A stretch of 64,000 nucleotides of DNA from a bacterium (GTDB taxonomy: Bacteria > Bacteroidota > Bacteroidia > UKL13-3): the NCBI GenBank assembly GCA_034439755.1, contig JAWXAZ010000140.1:13789-77788 (forward strand). Direction: 5' to 3'. Every line of letters begins with the position of its first letter. Position 1 is the stretch's first letter. Shown here piece by piece: positions 40,371-50,296 of this stretch. Under the pieces are notes generated by a model, which was not told where the DNA came from, searched no databases, and saw nothing but the letters and a program-made list of their open reading frames with translations. The translations under genes were made by a program, and so were the position numbers.

Positions 40371-41363
40371 ATGGAATGGACCATAGAAAAAATCAAACTC
40401 GACTTAAAATACACTTGGAAAATATCTAGGAATGTTAGCACTTACAAGGAAAATCTACTTGTACAGTGTGGGCATTTTGGGCATTTTGGGTTGGGTGAAG
40501 TTGCGCCTAATATTAGGTATGATGAAACGCCAGAGAATTTGTTGGCAGAGTTTTATGCAATGCAGGATGCTTTAAAAGATTGTCCTAGTACTTTACCAGA
40601 ATTTGAGCTTTGGCTCTCGGGATTTAAGATTCACAATGCCTTGAGATTTGGCATAGAATCTGCTTTTATTCATTGGCTGGTTAAGGATAAAAATACCACT
40701 ATATATGACTTGCTAAACATAGCTAAACCCAATAAAGTGGCAAGCTGCTATACCTTGCCAATTATGGATGAGAGTGATATTGAAAACTTTTACCGCACTT
40801 ATAAATTACATCGATTTAATTATTTAAAGGTTAAGGTAAATGACGCGGCGGCATTGGATATGATTAAAGAAATTTGCAAGCTTGGCACACACAAAATAAT
40901 GATTGATGCCAATGAGGCGTGGAAGGATTTAGATGAATTGTTGCGGTTTATTCCAAGGCTAAATATCTATCCAATTGAGTTTATAGAGCAACCCATGCCT
41001 GCACACATGGTTGCCGAATACATGGAATTAAAGAAGCATAGCGAGCTATGTATTATGGGCGATGAAAGTGTGTTGAATTTGCCTGATTTTGACTTATTAG
41101 AAAAGCAGTTTCATGGAGTAAATATGAAATTAATGAAAGCCGGAGGTTATGTGAATGGACTCAGAATATTGAGAGAGGCTAAGGCGCGTGGCATGCGCAC
41201 CATGATTGGTTGTATGGTAGAAACAACTTTGGGAATTAAGAGTGCATGGAGCCTTTGTGCGGAGGCTGAGTATGCCGATTTAGATGGTTGCTTAATAGTG
41301 GGCAATGAGCCATTTCATTTGTTGAAAGAAGACAATGGTTTATTTGAAGAAACGGAGCAATAA
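40371..41363 (+). CDS. dipeptide epimerase (enolase superfamily, L-Ala-D/L-Glu epimerase-like)
   Basis: 330 aa. KVKV catalytic lysines, metal ligands in DANEAW / IEQP / GDES, and a second catalytic Lys in MKLMKAGG. Confidence 0.7.
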   Translation: MEWTIEKIKLDLKYTWKISRNVSTYKENLLVQCGHFGHFGLGEVAPNIRYDETPENLLAEFYAMQDALKDCPSTLPEFELWLSGFKIHNALRFGIESAFIHWLVKDKNTTIYDLLNIAKPNKVASCYTLPIMDESDIENFYRTYKLHRFNYLKVKVNDAAALDMIKEICKLGTHKIMIDANEAWKDLDELLRFIPRLNIYPIEFIEQPMPAHMVAEYMELKKHSELCIMGDESVLNLPDFDLLEKQFHGVNMKLMKAGGYVNGLRILREAKARGMRTMIGCMVETTLGIKSAWSLCAEAEYADLDGCLIVGNEPFHLLKEDNGLFEETEQ

Positions 41364-41842
41364 TGGAAACAAGCAGCATCGCTGATATAAAAAAAGAACT
41401 CAATCAGTTACAAACACCCGAATTGATTGACCTCTGTTTAAAAATGGCCAAATTTAAAAAAGCCAATAAGGAATTAGCGCACTATATTTTGTTTGAATCT
41501 GTGCGTGAAGATCAATACATACAAAAGGCAAAAGAAGAAATTAGTTTGCGCTTTGAAGAGATGCCCAAAAACAGTTTATTCTTTACCACAAAATATATTC
41601 GTAAAACACTTCGCATAGCCATGCAGTATGCGCAATACAGCAAATTGGTTCAGACCGAAATTGAATTGTTGTTACACTTCTGTTTTGAGTTAAATGAGCG
41701 AAAATCTTACTGGAAAAAATACCAAGCCATCGAAGGAATTTATGAACGACAAATAGAAAAAGTTAAAAAGGATTTATTGAAAGTGCATGAAGATTTAAGG
41801 TACGATTATGAGCGAATTTTGGAACAATTAATTAGCGGATAA
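41363..41842 (+). CDS. hypothetical all-helical protein
   Basis: 159 aa with no recognisable motif. Its start overlaps the epimerase stop (TAATG). Its 3' end overlaps convergent nnr by 11 nt. Confidence 0.4.
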   Translation: METSSIADIKKELNQLQTPELIDLCLKMAKFKKANKELAHYILFESVREDQYIQKAKEEISLRFEEMPKNSLFFTTKYIRKTLRIAMQYAQYSKLVQTEIELLLHFCFELNERKSYWKKYQAIEGIYERQIEKVKKDLLKVHEDLRYDYERILEQLISG

Positions 41843-43346
41843 ACCGAAGCTCATCCACAAAATCGCCAGCTATGCAATTGACATAATTTTTGCACTTTAA
41901 AGAGTTGGCCAAGGCACCATGTAAATACACCCCATAGGTTGCAGCATCAATAGAATTGAGGCCTTGCGCTAACATGGCAGTTATGATTCCAGATAACACA
42001 TCGCCACTACCGGCCGTGGCCAAAAGTGAATTGCCAGAGGAGTTAAAACTCACTTTTCCATTGGCATCAATTACTTGGGTATAAGTGCCTTTTAACACAA
42101 TAACAATTTGATAGGCAATGGCATTTTTTATAGCAGTTTGCAACCGCTCATACGCATGTTGATGTGCGCCAAAAAGCCTATCAAACTCCTTGGCATGTGG
42201 CGTAATGATGCTGTTTTTAGGAAAGCAAAAATTTGAATTTTGTTGCATGAGCACCGCGCAGGCATTGAGTGCATCGGCATCAATTACCAGTGGTGTTTCT
42301 ACCTGGCTGAACCAAGTGCCAAAAGATTTTATGGTACCAGAATGCAAGCCCATTCCGGGTCCTACACAAACAGCCGCATAAGATGAAATTACGGGAAAGT
42401 TTCTTAATTCGTTAAGCTCCACATCTGGCAAAACCATTACTTCTGGCAAGGCCGTTTGAAAAATCTGATAACCAATTTTGGGTATGTGGGCAGTAACCAA
42501 TCCCGCTCCTGCTCTCAGTGCCGCGCGAGAAGCCAGTAATGCCGCACCCACTTTACCTTCGCTTCCACCGATAATGAGGGCATGACCTTTTTGCCATTTA
42601 TAGGAAAATTTTGAGTCCTTGGGTTTGTTTATTTTGTTTGGGTTTAGCCAATATAAATCACTTTCGGTTTGATCCAAAAACGCAGGCAACAAATCGATAT
42701 CGATGATAAAAAAATTGCCCACCCTATTGCCCGATTCAGGAAACAAAAAACTTGATTTAGGCACTTGAAAAGTATAGGTTCTATGGGCCTCAAAAACGGT
42801 AGCATCTAAATTTTTACAAGCCTCGTTAGCATCTGCAAACAAGCCAGATGGCAGGTCGATAGCGAGTTTAACGGCATTCTTTAAATTGAGAAATAAAATT
42901 AAATCTTTGGCAAATCCGCTTACAGGCGTGTTTAATCCCGTTCCAAACAAAGCATCAATGATGATATCCGCATCATTGATACTGGGCAAATCACTGACAT
43001 CACTTAACAAAATTGGATTGATATCAATTGCTTGGCAACGCAACAAATTAAGTTCAAAATCTTCTGTACCTTTTTCCTTTTGGTTCAGGATAAAAACGTT
43101 TACCTGATAACCAGAACTTTTTAAATACCGGGCAATAACGAGGCCATCTCCTCCATTGTTTCCTTGCGCGCAAAACACTTGGAAAGACTTATTAACGAGC
43201 TTAGAAAAATCTTGATTCAAATGCTGAATTAAGAGGTGAAAGCACCTAGCCGCAGCGCGCTCCATAAGTCCCAAACTACTTACAGGTTCGTGTGCAATGG
43301 TAAATTGATCCCATTGTTGAATTTGATTTTTAGTTAAGATTTTCAT
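41832..43346 (-). CDS. nnr: bifunctional NAD(P)H-hydrate repair enzyme (epimerase + ADP-dependent dehydratase)
   Basis: 504 aa. YjeF-N motif GNNGGDGLV and the C-terminal kinase-fold GSGDVLSG. Confidence 0.88.
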   Translation of the reverse strand: MKILTKNQIQQWDQFTIAHEPVSSLGLMERAAARCFHLLIQHLNQDFSKLVNKSFQVFCAQGNNGGDGLVIARYLKSSGYQVNVFILNQKEKGTEDFELNLLRCQAIDINPILLSDVSDLPSINDADIIIDALFGTGLNTPVSGFAKDLILFLNLKNAVKLAIDLPSGLFADANEACKNLDATVFEAHRTYTFQVPKSSFLFPESGNRVGNFFIIDIDLLPAFLDQTESDLYWLNPNKINKPKDSKFSYKWQKGHALIIGGSEGKVGAALLASRAALRAGAGLVTAHIPKIGYQIFQTALPEVMVLPDVELNELRNFPVISSYAAVCVGPGMGLHSGTIKSFGTWFSQVETPLVIDADALNACAVLMQQNSNFCFPKNSIITPHAKEFDRLFGAHQHAYERLQTAIKNAIAYQIVIVLKGTYTQVIDANGKVSFNSSGNSLLATAGSGDVLSGIITAMLAQGLNSIDAATYGVYLHGALANSLKCKNYVNCIAGDFVDELRFIR

Positions 43347-43457
43347 TGCTGGTTTCGAAGGTAAAAAATAATGAAAGAAAATAAACCTTAAAAGATACTT
43401 AGATAAAAGATACTTAGATAAAAGAGGGAAATTGTAATTAAAAAAGTCCCTATTGCC

Positions 43458-44039
43458 CTATGGCAATTTTTCTTGCGCATAGGCAATGGCCACTTCCTCT
43501 AGCTCGGCATACCATGCAGCGCCAAACCTGCTAATTAGCGGATCTTTAAGGAATTTAAAAACGGGCACTTTTTCTTGTTTTCCGAGTGTGCAAGCCGCTT
43601 TGCAAATATCCCAGCGGTGGTAATTTAACGCATCATAATCGCCCACTTTAATAACCCTAATTGGGTATAAATAACAAGAACTGGGCTTTCTAATTTCCGA
43701 TTTGCCATCTAGAAAACTTTTTTCAATGCCGCAACTAAGCAAACCATGCTCATCTCTTTTAACAAAATTACATTCGCCAGTAGGAAGACAAGTGGTAACC
43801 CATTCGCCATCTTCATCAATTTCAAACCCACCACGTTTTTCAATGTCCTTCAAAGAATCTTCACTTAGGTATGGTTTTATGAGGGGAAAAGCCTTTTCAA
43901 TTCTCGATTTTTCTTCTAAGGTAACAGGAGCGCCGGCATCGCCTTCAATGCAGCAAGATCCTTTACAGGCGCTGAGGTTGCAGATAAACTCTTGGTCGAA
44001 TAAGTCTTCTGAGACCAGCGTATTTCCAATAATAATCAT
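43458..44039 (-). CDS. DUF3109-family cysteine-rich protein
   Basis: 193 aa. FICNLSACKGSCCIEGDAGAP cluster plus further conserved Cys (CLPTGECNF, CYLYP, CKAAC). Confidence 0.6.
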   Translation of the reverse strand: MIIIGNTLVSEDLFDQEFICNLSACKGSCCIEGDAGAPVTLEEKSRIEKAFPLIKPYLSEDSLKDIEKRGGFEIDEDGEWVTTCLPTGECNFVKRDEHGLLSCGIEKSFLDGKSEIRKPSSCYLYPIRVIKVGDYDALNYHRWDICKAACTLGKQEKVPVFKFLKDPLISRFGAAWYAELEEVAIAYAQEKLP

Positions 44040-44350
44040 ATAGTTAGTAGCGCAAAATTATTTTTTAGTAGCGTAAAGTCATATAGTTAGAACTGTAAAA
44101 TTCATGTATTTAGTAGCGCAAAATTATTTTTTAGTAGCGTAAAGTCATAATGTTAGAACGGTAAATTCATGTATTTAGTAGCGTAAAATTATTTTTTAGT
44201 AGCGTAAAGTCATATAGTTAGAACTGTAAAATCATGTATTTAGTAGCGCAAAATTATTTTTCAGTAGCGTAAAGTCATATAGTTAGAACTGTAAAATCAT
44301 GTATTTAGTAGCGCAAAATTATTTTTTAGTAGCGTAAAGTCATATAGTTA
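44036..44350. repeat. intergenic tandem repeat, ~65-bp unit x ~4.8 copies
   Basis: Units start at 44044, 44110, 44175, 44240 and 44305 (period 66/65/65/65). The array is bounded at both ends by TCATATAGTTA. Each unit contains TAGTAGCGYAAA twice. Confidence 0.95.
44053..44060 (-). promoter_or_regulatory. candidate -7 promoter box (TAATTTTG on the minus strand) for the DUF3109 gene, re-copied in the upstream repeat units
   Basis: The reverse complement of CAAAATTA is TAATTTTG, which matches TAnnTTTG. It lies 13 nt upstream of the ATG at 44039. The same box recurs in units 2, 4 and 5, and unit 3 has TAATTTTA. Confidence 0.35.
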
Positions 44351-44449
44351 AGCAAGGAATTTGGTGCATTTTTGTGGTGGCAAATTAGCGATTTTGAGTC
44401 AACATTCCTTTATTCTTTTATCCTTCAATAAGCGTATCTTTGAGGCGAA

Positions 44450-45520
44450 ATGACAAATATGGTCAAAACAGATATTCGATCACTTAACTTGGATCAGATT
44501 AAAGATGCCTTTATTGCCAATGGCGACAAGGCATTTAGGGGATTGCAGGTATATGAATGGCTTTGGAAAAAAGCTTGCACAGATTTTAATCAAATGACCA
44601 ATTTGGGCATTGAAACACGAGAATGGTTACAGCACAATTTTGTGATAAACGACATTGCAACGGTAGACAAGCAAGTGAGCAATGATGGTACTATTAAGAG
44701 TGGTTTTAGGTTGCATGATGGCCATTTGGTAGAAGGCGTTTTAATTCCGGCAGACGAAAGAATGACGGCTTGTGTTTCTTCACAAGTTGGTTGCAGTTTA
44801 ACCTGTAAATTTTGTGCAACGGGTAAGATGGAGCGCGAACGTAATTTAACTTCAGGTGAGATTTACGACCAGGTTGTGCAGATTAGAAACTGGGCCATGC
44901 ATCATTTCCAGAAGCCTCTTACAAACATTGTTTTTATGGGAATGGGTGAACCCTTGCTTAATTATGCAAATGTATTAAAGGCCATCGATAAAATTACATC
45001 TCAAGATGGGTTGGGAATGGCCGCAGACCGCATTACAGTTTCTACCGCAGGAATAGCTAAAATGATACGGAAACTAGCCGACGATGAAGTGCGGTTTAAT
45101 TTGGCCTTAAGTTTACATGCTGCCAATGATGCGAAACGCAATATGATAATGCCCATTAACGAAAGCAATAGTTTGAAAGAAGTTGGAGAAGCCTTAAAAT
45201 ATTTTCATTTAAAAACAAAAAAGCGGGTAACCTTTGAATACATTGCCTTTAAAAATTTTAACGAAAGCATTCAGGATGCAAAAGAGTTGCTAGCCTTTTG
45301 CAAAAAGTTTCCGGCTAAAGTAAATGTGATTGAATATAATTCCACTGGTGATGGTCAATTTGAAAAAGCCGATTCCGATAAAATTGACCAGTTTTGCGCT
45401 TACTTAGAAAAAAATGGCGTGGTGGCAAAGGTTAGGCGCAGTAGAGGCAAAGACATTGACGCCGCATGCGGACAGTTAGCCAATAAAAAACATGAAGAAG
45501 CCTTGTTTCAAGAAGGTTAA
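44450..45520 (+). CDS. rlmN: 23S rRNA/tRNA adenine-C2 methyltransferase RlmN (radical SAM)
   Basis: 356 aa. Radical-SAM CSLTCKFCATG, MGMGEPL, and the C-terminal DIDAACGQL. Confidence 0.93.
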   Translation: MTNMVKTDIRSLNLDQIKDAFIANGDKAFRGLQVYEWLWKKACTDFNQMTNLGIETREWLQHNFVINDIATVDKQVSNDGTIKSGFRLHDGHLVEGVLIPADERMTACVSSQVGCSLTCKFCATGKMERERNLTSGEIYDQVVQIRNWAMHHFQKPLTNIVFMGMGEPLLNYANVLKAIDKITSQDGLGMAADRITVSTAGIAKMIRKLADDEVRFNLALSLHAANDAKRNMIMPINESNSLKEVGEALKYFHLKTKKRVTFEYIAFKNFNESIQDAKELLAFCKKFPAKVNVIEYNSTGDGQFEKADSDKIDQFCAYLEKNGVVAKVRRSRGKDIDAACGQLANKKHEEALFQEG

Positions 45521-45531
45521 AAAACAAGGAT

Positions 45532-46611
45532 ATGAAAAAAATATTTTTCGCAATTTTGCTATTAAACTTATATTCATGCAAAGAATCTGTTGAGAAATTT
45601 AAACCCACTTATGCCAGCATAACAGAATCTGTTTATGCCTCAGGGGTTGTAAAATCGGCAAAGCAATACAATGTATTTGCCAAGGCAAGCGGTAGCATTG
45701 AAACTATTTATGTGAAAGAAGGCGACATGGTAAAAAAAGGCAACCCATTGATTTCGCTTTCAAATGAAGTTTCTAGGTACAACATGGAAAATGCCAAGTT
45801 AAACGCAGCATATTCAGATGCGCAAAGTAACCAAGACAAGCTTAATGAAGCTAGGCAGTTTGAGGAATTGCAGAAAAGCAAAATGAAATTAGACTCCTCT
45901 ATGTGGGCAAGACAACAACGCCTGTGGGATCAAAATGTGGGAACCAAAGTAGAATTAGAGCAAAGAGAATTGAACTATAAAAACTCAAAAAGTGGGTATC
46001 AATCGGCTAGGGTTCGCCATGAAGATTTGAAAAAACAAATCGCTTTAGGTTCGAACCAAAGCAAAAACTTGCTCAGTATATCCAAAAAAATGGAGAGCGA
46101 TTTTACCATAAAAAGTGAAATTGACGGCATGGTATTTAGTTTGCAAAAGGAAATTGGCGACATGGTTACACCCCAGGTTGCGGTTGCTTTAATTGGCGAT
46201 CCAACAAAATTTATTTTGGAGATGCAAGTAGACGAATACGACATTTTTAAGGTGACTATTGCACAAAGGGTATTTGTGAAAATGGACAGTTATAAAGGAA
46301 AAGTGTTTGAAGCCAAGATTAACAAGATATCGCCGGTTATGAATGAACGATCGAAGACCTTTTTAGTTGAAGCCGCCTTTATAGACCAACCCTCTAAACT
46401 TTTTCCTTATATTACTTTTGAAGGAAATATTGAGATCAATACAAAGCAGAAGGCTTTGTTAATTCCTAGAAATTTGATGTTAAACGACTCCACCGTTAAA
46501 AGAGCAAACGGGGAATTGGTACAGATAAAAACAGGTTTAATGGATGCCCAATTTGCAGAAATTATTTCGGGGTTAACAGAAAATGACGAGTTAATTTTAC
46601 CTAAGAAATGA
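45532..46611 (+). CDS. efflux transporter periplasmic adaptor (HlyD/MacA family)
   Basis: 359 aa. Lipoprotein-like signal (LLLNLYSC), barrel-sandwich plus coiled-coil hairpin layout, and a 4-nt overlap with the permease gene. Confidence 0.7.
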   Translation: MKKIFFAILLLNLYSCKESVEKFKPTYASITESVYASGVVKSAKQYNVFAKASGSIETIYVKEGDMVKKGNPLISLSNEVSRYNMENAKLNAAYSDAQSNQDKLNEARQFEELQKSKMKLDSSMWARQQRLWDQNVGTKVELEQRELNYKNSKSGYQSARVRHEDLKKQIALGSNQSKNLLSISKKMESDFTIKSEIDGMVFSLQKEIGDMVTPQVAVALIGDPTKFILEMQVDEYDIFKVTIAQRVFVKMDSYKGKVFEAKINKISPVMNERSKTFLVEAAFIDQPSKLFPYITFEGNIEINTKQKALLIPRNLMLNDSTVKRANGELVQIKTGLMDAQFAEIISGLTENDELILPKK

Positions 46612-47867
46612 ATTTAAAATTGTTGTATGAAATTTCATTTTCGCTCCTCATGGCGAGGTGGAAACAAACCCTTGTGGCAGCAATTGGCGTAACCTTTGGC
46701 ATAACTATGTTTGTTGCCTTATTGAGCTTTATGTCGGGTTTAAATGGCCTATTGGATGGATTAATTTTAAATAGGACAGCCCATATTCGCTTATACAACG
46801 AAATTAAACCCACTGCCGTGCAAGCGGTAGATCAATATTATAACAACCCGCAACAACATAATTTTATTCATTCTGTTAAGCCTAATAACAAGGGTTTAAA
46901 AATTCGCAATTCGGAAGCCATTATTGATGCCTTAAAAAAAGACAATCGAATTTTGGGCATTGCCCCTAAAATAAACACACAAGTTTTTTATCAAGTGGGT
47001 ACCATTAATTTAACGGGCTCCATTAACGGGGTAGATGTATATGAAGAAAACAGGTTATTTAAGTTTGGTGATTATGTGGTAAAGGGCAATTACATTGACT
47101 TGCAAAATACCCCAAACAGCATCATTCTTGGTATAGGAGCGGCACAAACAATGCTTGTTAACATTGGCGATATTGTAAATATTACCAGTATTAATGGGAA
47201 TAAAATTCCACTTAAGGTAGTTGGTTATTTCCAGTCGGGCATACAAGATATAGACAAGGTGCAAAGCTATACTTCCTTAAAAACTGCTCAAAAAATACTG
47301 GGCGAATCGAACAATTACCTCACCGATATTCAGGTTAAGTTGAACAATATTTTATGGGCACCCGAGATGGCCAAAGAAATGCAAAGGCAATTTGATTTAG
47401 ATGCCTTAGACATACAAACAGCAAACTCGCAATTTGAAACTGGGAGCAAGGTTAGAAATATCATCTCCTATTCTGTAGGCATTACCCTTTTGATTGTGGC
47501 AGGATTTGGCATTTACAATATTTTGAACATGATGATCTATGAAAAAATGGATACCATAGCCATTATGAAAGCAACAGGATTTAACGGAAAAGATGTGAAA
47601 AGAATTTTCATTTCTATTGCCTTAAGCATTGGAATTTTTGGCGGATTATTTGGGTTGTTATTTGGATTTGGCCTCTCTGTTTTGATAGACAATGCGCCCT
47701 TTGAAACGGCATCGTTGCCTACCATTAAAACTTTTCCTGTAACGTATAATCCACTTTTCTATATTGTTGGTATTATATTTTCTATTGTTACCACCTATTT
47801 CGCGGGTTACTTTCCATCCAAAAAGGCAAGTAAAATTGATCCAGTAGTTATTATAAGAGGCAAGTAA
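46608..47867 (+). CDS. ABC transporter permease (FtsX/MacB-type)
   Basis: 419 aa. N-terminal transmembrane helix, a large periplasmic MacB_PCD-like domain, and three C-terminal FtsX helices. Confidence 0.75.
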   Translation: MNLKLLYEISFSLLMARWKQTLVAAIGVTFGITMFVALLSFMSGLNGLLDGLILNRTAHIRLYNEIKPTAVQAVDQYYNNPQQHNFIHSVKPNNKGLKIRNSEAIIDALKKDNRILGIAPKINTQVFYQVGTINLTGSINGVDVYEENRLFKFGDYVVKGNYIDLQNTPNSIILGIGAAQTMLVNIGDIVNITSINGNKIPLKVVGYFQSGIQDIDKVQSYTSLKTAQKILGESNNYLTDIQVKLNNILWAPEMAKEMQRQFDLDALDIQTANSQFETGSKVRNIISYSVGITLLIVAGFGIYNILNMMIYEKMDTIAIMKATGFNGKDVKRIFISIALSIGIFGGLFGLLFGFGLSVLIDNAPFETASLPTIKTFPVTYNPLFYIVGIIFSIVTTYFAGYFPSKKASKIDPVVIIRGK

Positions 47868-47868
47868 C

Positions 47869-48570
47869 ATGAGCAATATTGTATTAGAAGCAAAGAATAT
47901 CATTAAACACTTTTATGACCCAATTGACATAAAGGTATTGAACAACATCAGCTTTAAGCTATCAAAGGGTGAATTTGCCTCTATTACAGGAAAATCGGGC
48001 TGCGGCAAGTCAACTTTGTTGTACATATTATCTACCATGGATACAAATTATGAGGGCCATTTATGGATAGACCAAATTGAAATGGGCCATAAAAATGAGA
48101 AAGCATTGGCTCGGGTTAGAAACGAAAAAATTGGTTTTGTTTTTCAATTTCATTATTTGCTCAATGAATTTTCGGTATTAAGAAATGTGATGTTGCCAGG
48201 CGAAAAATTAGCCAAGCTTTCAAAGCAAGAATTGGAGCACCAAGCTTACGAGAAATTAAAAATTCTAGGCATAGAAAATGAGGCTTTAAAAAAGCCCAAT
48301 CAGTTGAGTGGCGGCCAAAAGCAGCGCGTTGCCATAGCAAGGGCGCTCATCAATAACCCCATTATTATTATGGGCGATGAACCAACAGGCAATTTAGACA
48401 AGAAGAACGGAGACATAGTTTTTGATATCTTTAAAGAACTGGCCGAAGTGTATAACCAAACCCTCTTAATTGTAACACATGATATTGATTTTGCGAGCAA
48501 GACACACCGCATCATAGAAATGGAAGATGGTAAAATATTGAATACGCCTAGTTTAAGCGCATCAATTTAA
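47869..48570 (+). CDS. ABC transporter ATP-binding protein (MacB/LolD-type)
   Basis: 233 aa. Walker A GKSGCGKSTLL, signature LSGGQKQRVAIARAL, Walker B IIMGDEPTGNLD. Confidence 0.92.
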   Translation: MSNIVLEAKNIIKHFYDPIDIKVLNNISFKLSKGEFASITGKSGCGKSTLLYILSTMDTNYEGHLWIDQIEMGHKNEKALARVRNEKIGFVFQFHYLLNEFSVLRNVMLPGEKLAKLSKQELEHQAYEKLKILGIENEALKKPNQLSGGQKQRVAIARALINNPIIIMGDEPTGNLDKKNGDIVFDIFKELAEVYNQTLLIVTHDIDFASKTHRIIEMEDGKILNTPSLSASI

Positions 48571-50293
48571 AAACAGTTTCACTTCCCGATTCATTTTTAA
48601 TCTTTAAAAAATAAATTCCTATCGGAAAATCATTTGGCGAAAATTGATGTTGCGCTTTTGGTTTGGTTGAAGATAACATGCACTTTCCATTAACATCTAA
48701 GACCTCAAAACTCACCAGTTGATTAGAAGCATTCAACAACATTAAATCGCCTTTACCATGTGCAAAACCCTCGCTGTTTATAAGCTTTAAGCCCTTTTCT
48801 AATTCTTTGGCCGAACCAAATCCAGTTACCAAAAAACCCCTTTGCACCATTCGCGGTTTAAGGATGTTAAAATGCGCATATCCATTTAGCAAACTATCTG
48901 TTTGGATCAACAAATCGGCAGCGTCTTGCATGGTCATATTGTTGCCATAACTGTACACAGAATTTAACAACAAACGCGTTATAATATCTCTTCCTAAATC
49001 CTCACTTAAATCATTGAGCATGCTGCTCCAAATAAGAGAAGAAGTATAAAAATCGCCACTCAAATCCTTGGGATATACGTTTGTACTGTTGGCATCTCGA
49101 CCCGACCAAAATTCATTGTGTCCATCCCAATTAAAGACCCATCTCCAGTTATAAGAACTAATTGCCTTTGAATATTGACACGCCATAAAATCGCAATTGG
49201 CCTCCTCTATAGCCAACCGTTCGTTGCCATTTACGGTGTTTGGTGCCAGAAAATAATTGATGCCATGGGTATATTCATGGATAATTACATCGGCATCCTC
49301 GGCATCTGGAACCCCGCCAGTGCCATAGTATAAGGAGGGGTTTAAGGTTGAATAAGAGAACCTCGATTGATCTTGACCTTGATACGCTGTGGGGTCTGTT
49401 AAAATGGCCTGCATGCCCGTTAAAGGCAAGGCAATTGTCTTTAAGTAATTGCGATATGTCTCTACATGATAGAGCACATTAAACTCTCTAAATTCGGTTT
49501 GACTTCTATTAAAAGAAAAGTTGGCATGGGTAGATTGAAACACCTTTTGCGAAGGTGATTCCAAATCTTGCATAATTAAGTAAGGCGATGCTGCATAAAA
49601 GGTATCATTAGAAAATTTCAATGTGGTAGAAAACACCTTCATTTGGCCAGCTAATTCGGCGGTGTTTAAGCCATTGCTATGCTTCCATAAACCATCTTGA
49701 CCATAAGATTTTTCGGCAGAAGTAAGTGGATCGGGATTAAAAATAGTGGTTTTAATAAGGGTATCTTTTTTCACAAATAAATCGAGCATGCGGGTAAAAA
49801 CTACCGAACCTTTTTCATCCTTCAATATTTCTTCCATTTCTCCTAAGGCATTTTTTTCCTTGGCATATTGTAGCAATTTAAAAGACTGTTTGTGCCAATA
49901 AAAACAAAGAGTTTGGTCTGAACCAAAAGCATTTACCGTTGAAATTGACAAGACAGTATGTATTGGTATAAAGGAATTAAACTTGCTTAATACAGTGCCA
50001 TCAAAGGCGATGTTAACTTTATAAAAAGCACCATACACTTTATATCCTAGGTGAAATTGAACAAACTGGTAATGCTTGGCAAAGCTACTGGTCTGAACCG
50101 ATTCTAGCTGGTAGGAATTTTGATTTTGACTTAACCAAGAACAGGTTGATAACAAATCATGCTCGGCTTGTTGGCGTGTGGGGTCAACAGAAACCATGGC
50201 TTGGTTCAAACCGAAACCAAATGATTTAAAAGAACTGTTGCTTAGCCCAAAAAAGGCCAACATAACCAAGAGAATTTTTATACTTTTTTTCAT
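48548..50293 (-). CDS. T9SS-secreted zinc metalloprotease (fungalysin/M36-like HEYTHG)
   Basis: 581 aa. Signal peptide, IIHEYTHG zinc site with a downstream EEANCDF glutamate block, and a C-terminal T9SS sorting-domain-like tail (GIYFLKIKNESGSETVFKLMRLN). Confidence 0.65.
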   Translation of the reverse strand: MKKSIKILLVMLAFFGLSNSSFKSFGFGLNQAMVSVDPTRQQAEHDLLSTCSWLSQNQNSYQLESVQTSSFAKHYQFVQFHLGYKVYGAFYKVNIAFDGTVLSKFNSFIPIHTVLSISTVNAFGSDQTLCFYWHKQSFKLLQYAKEKNALGEMEEILKDEKGSVVFTRMLDLFVKKDTLIKTTIFNPDPLTSAEKSYGQDGLWKHSNGLNTAELAGQMKVFSTTLKFSNDTFYAASPYLIMQDLESPSQKVFQSTHANFSFNRSQTEFREFNVLYHVETYRNYLKTIALPLTGMQAILTDPTAYQGQDQSRFSYSTLNPSLYYGTGGVPDAEDADVIIHEYTHGINYFLAPNTVNGNERLAIEEANCDFMACQYSKAISSYNWRWVFNWDGHNEFWSGRDANSTNVYPKDLSGDFYTSSLIWSSMLNDLSEDLGRDIITRLLLNSVYSYGNNMTMQDAADLLIQTDSLLNGYAHFNILKPRMVQRGFLVTGFGSAKELEKGLKLINSEGFAHGKGDLMLLNASNQLVSFEVLDVNGKCMLSSTKPKAQHQFSPNDFPIGIYFLKIKNESGSETVFKLMRLN

Positions 50294-50296
50294 TTA

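Noticed and set aside
43390-43425. 15-bp direct duplication AAAAGATACTTAGAT x 2.4 between nnr and the DUF3109 gene
   Set aside because: It is real but tiny and AT-rich, and most simply explained as a slippage duplication in a spacer. There is no evidence of function.
44036-44350. Possible CRISPR array (regularly spaced TAGTAGCGYAAA-containing repeats)
   Set aside because: The sequences between the repeated 12-mers are themselves identical from unit to unit. This makes it a plain 65-bp tandem repeat with no unique spacers, and no cas genes are nearby.
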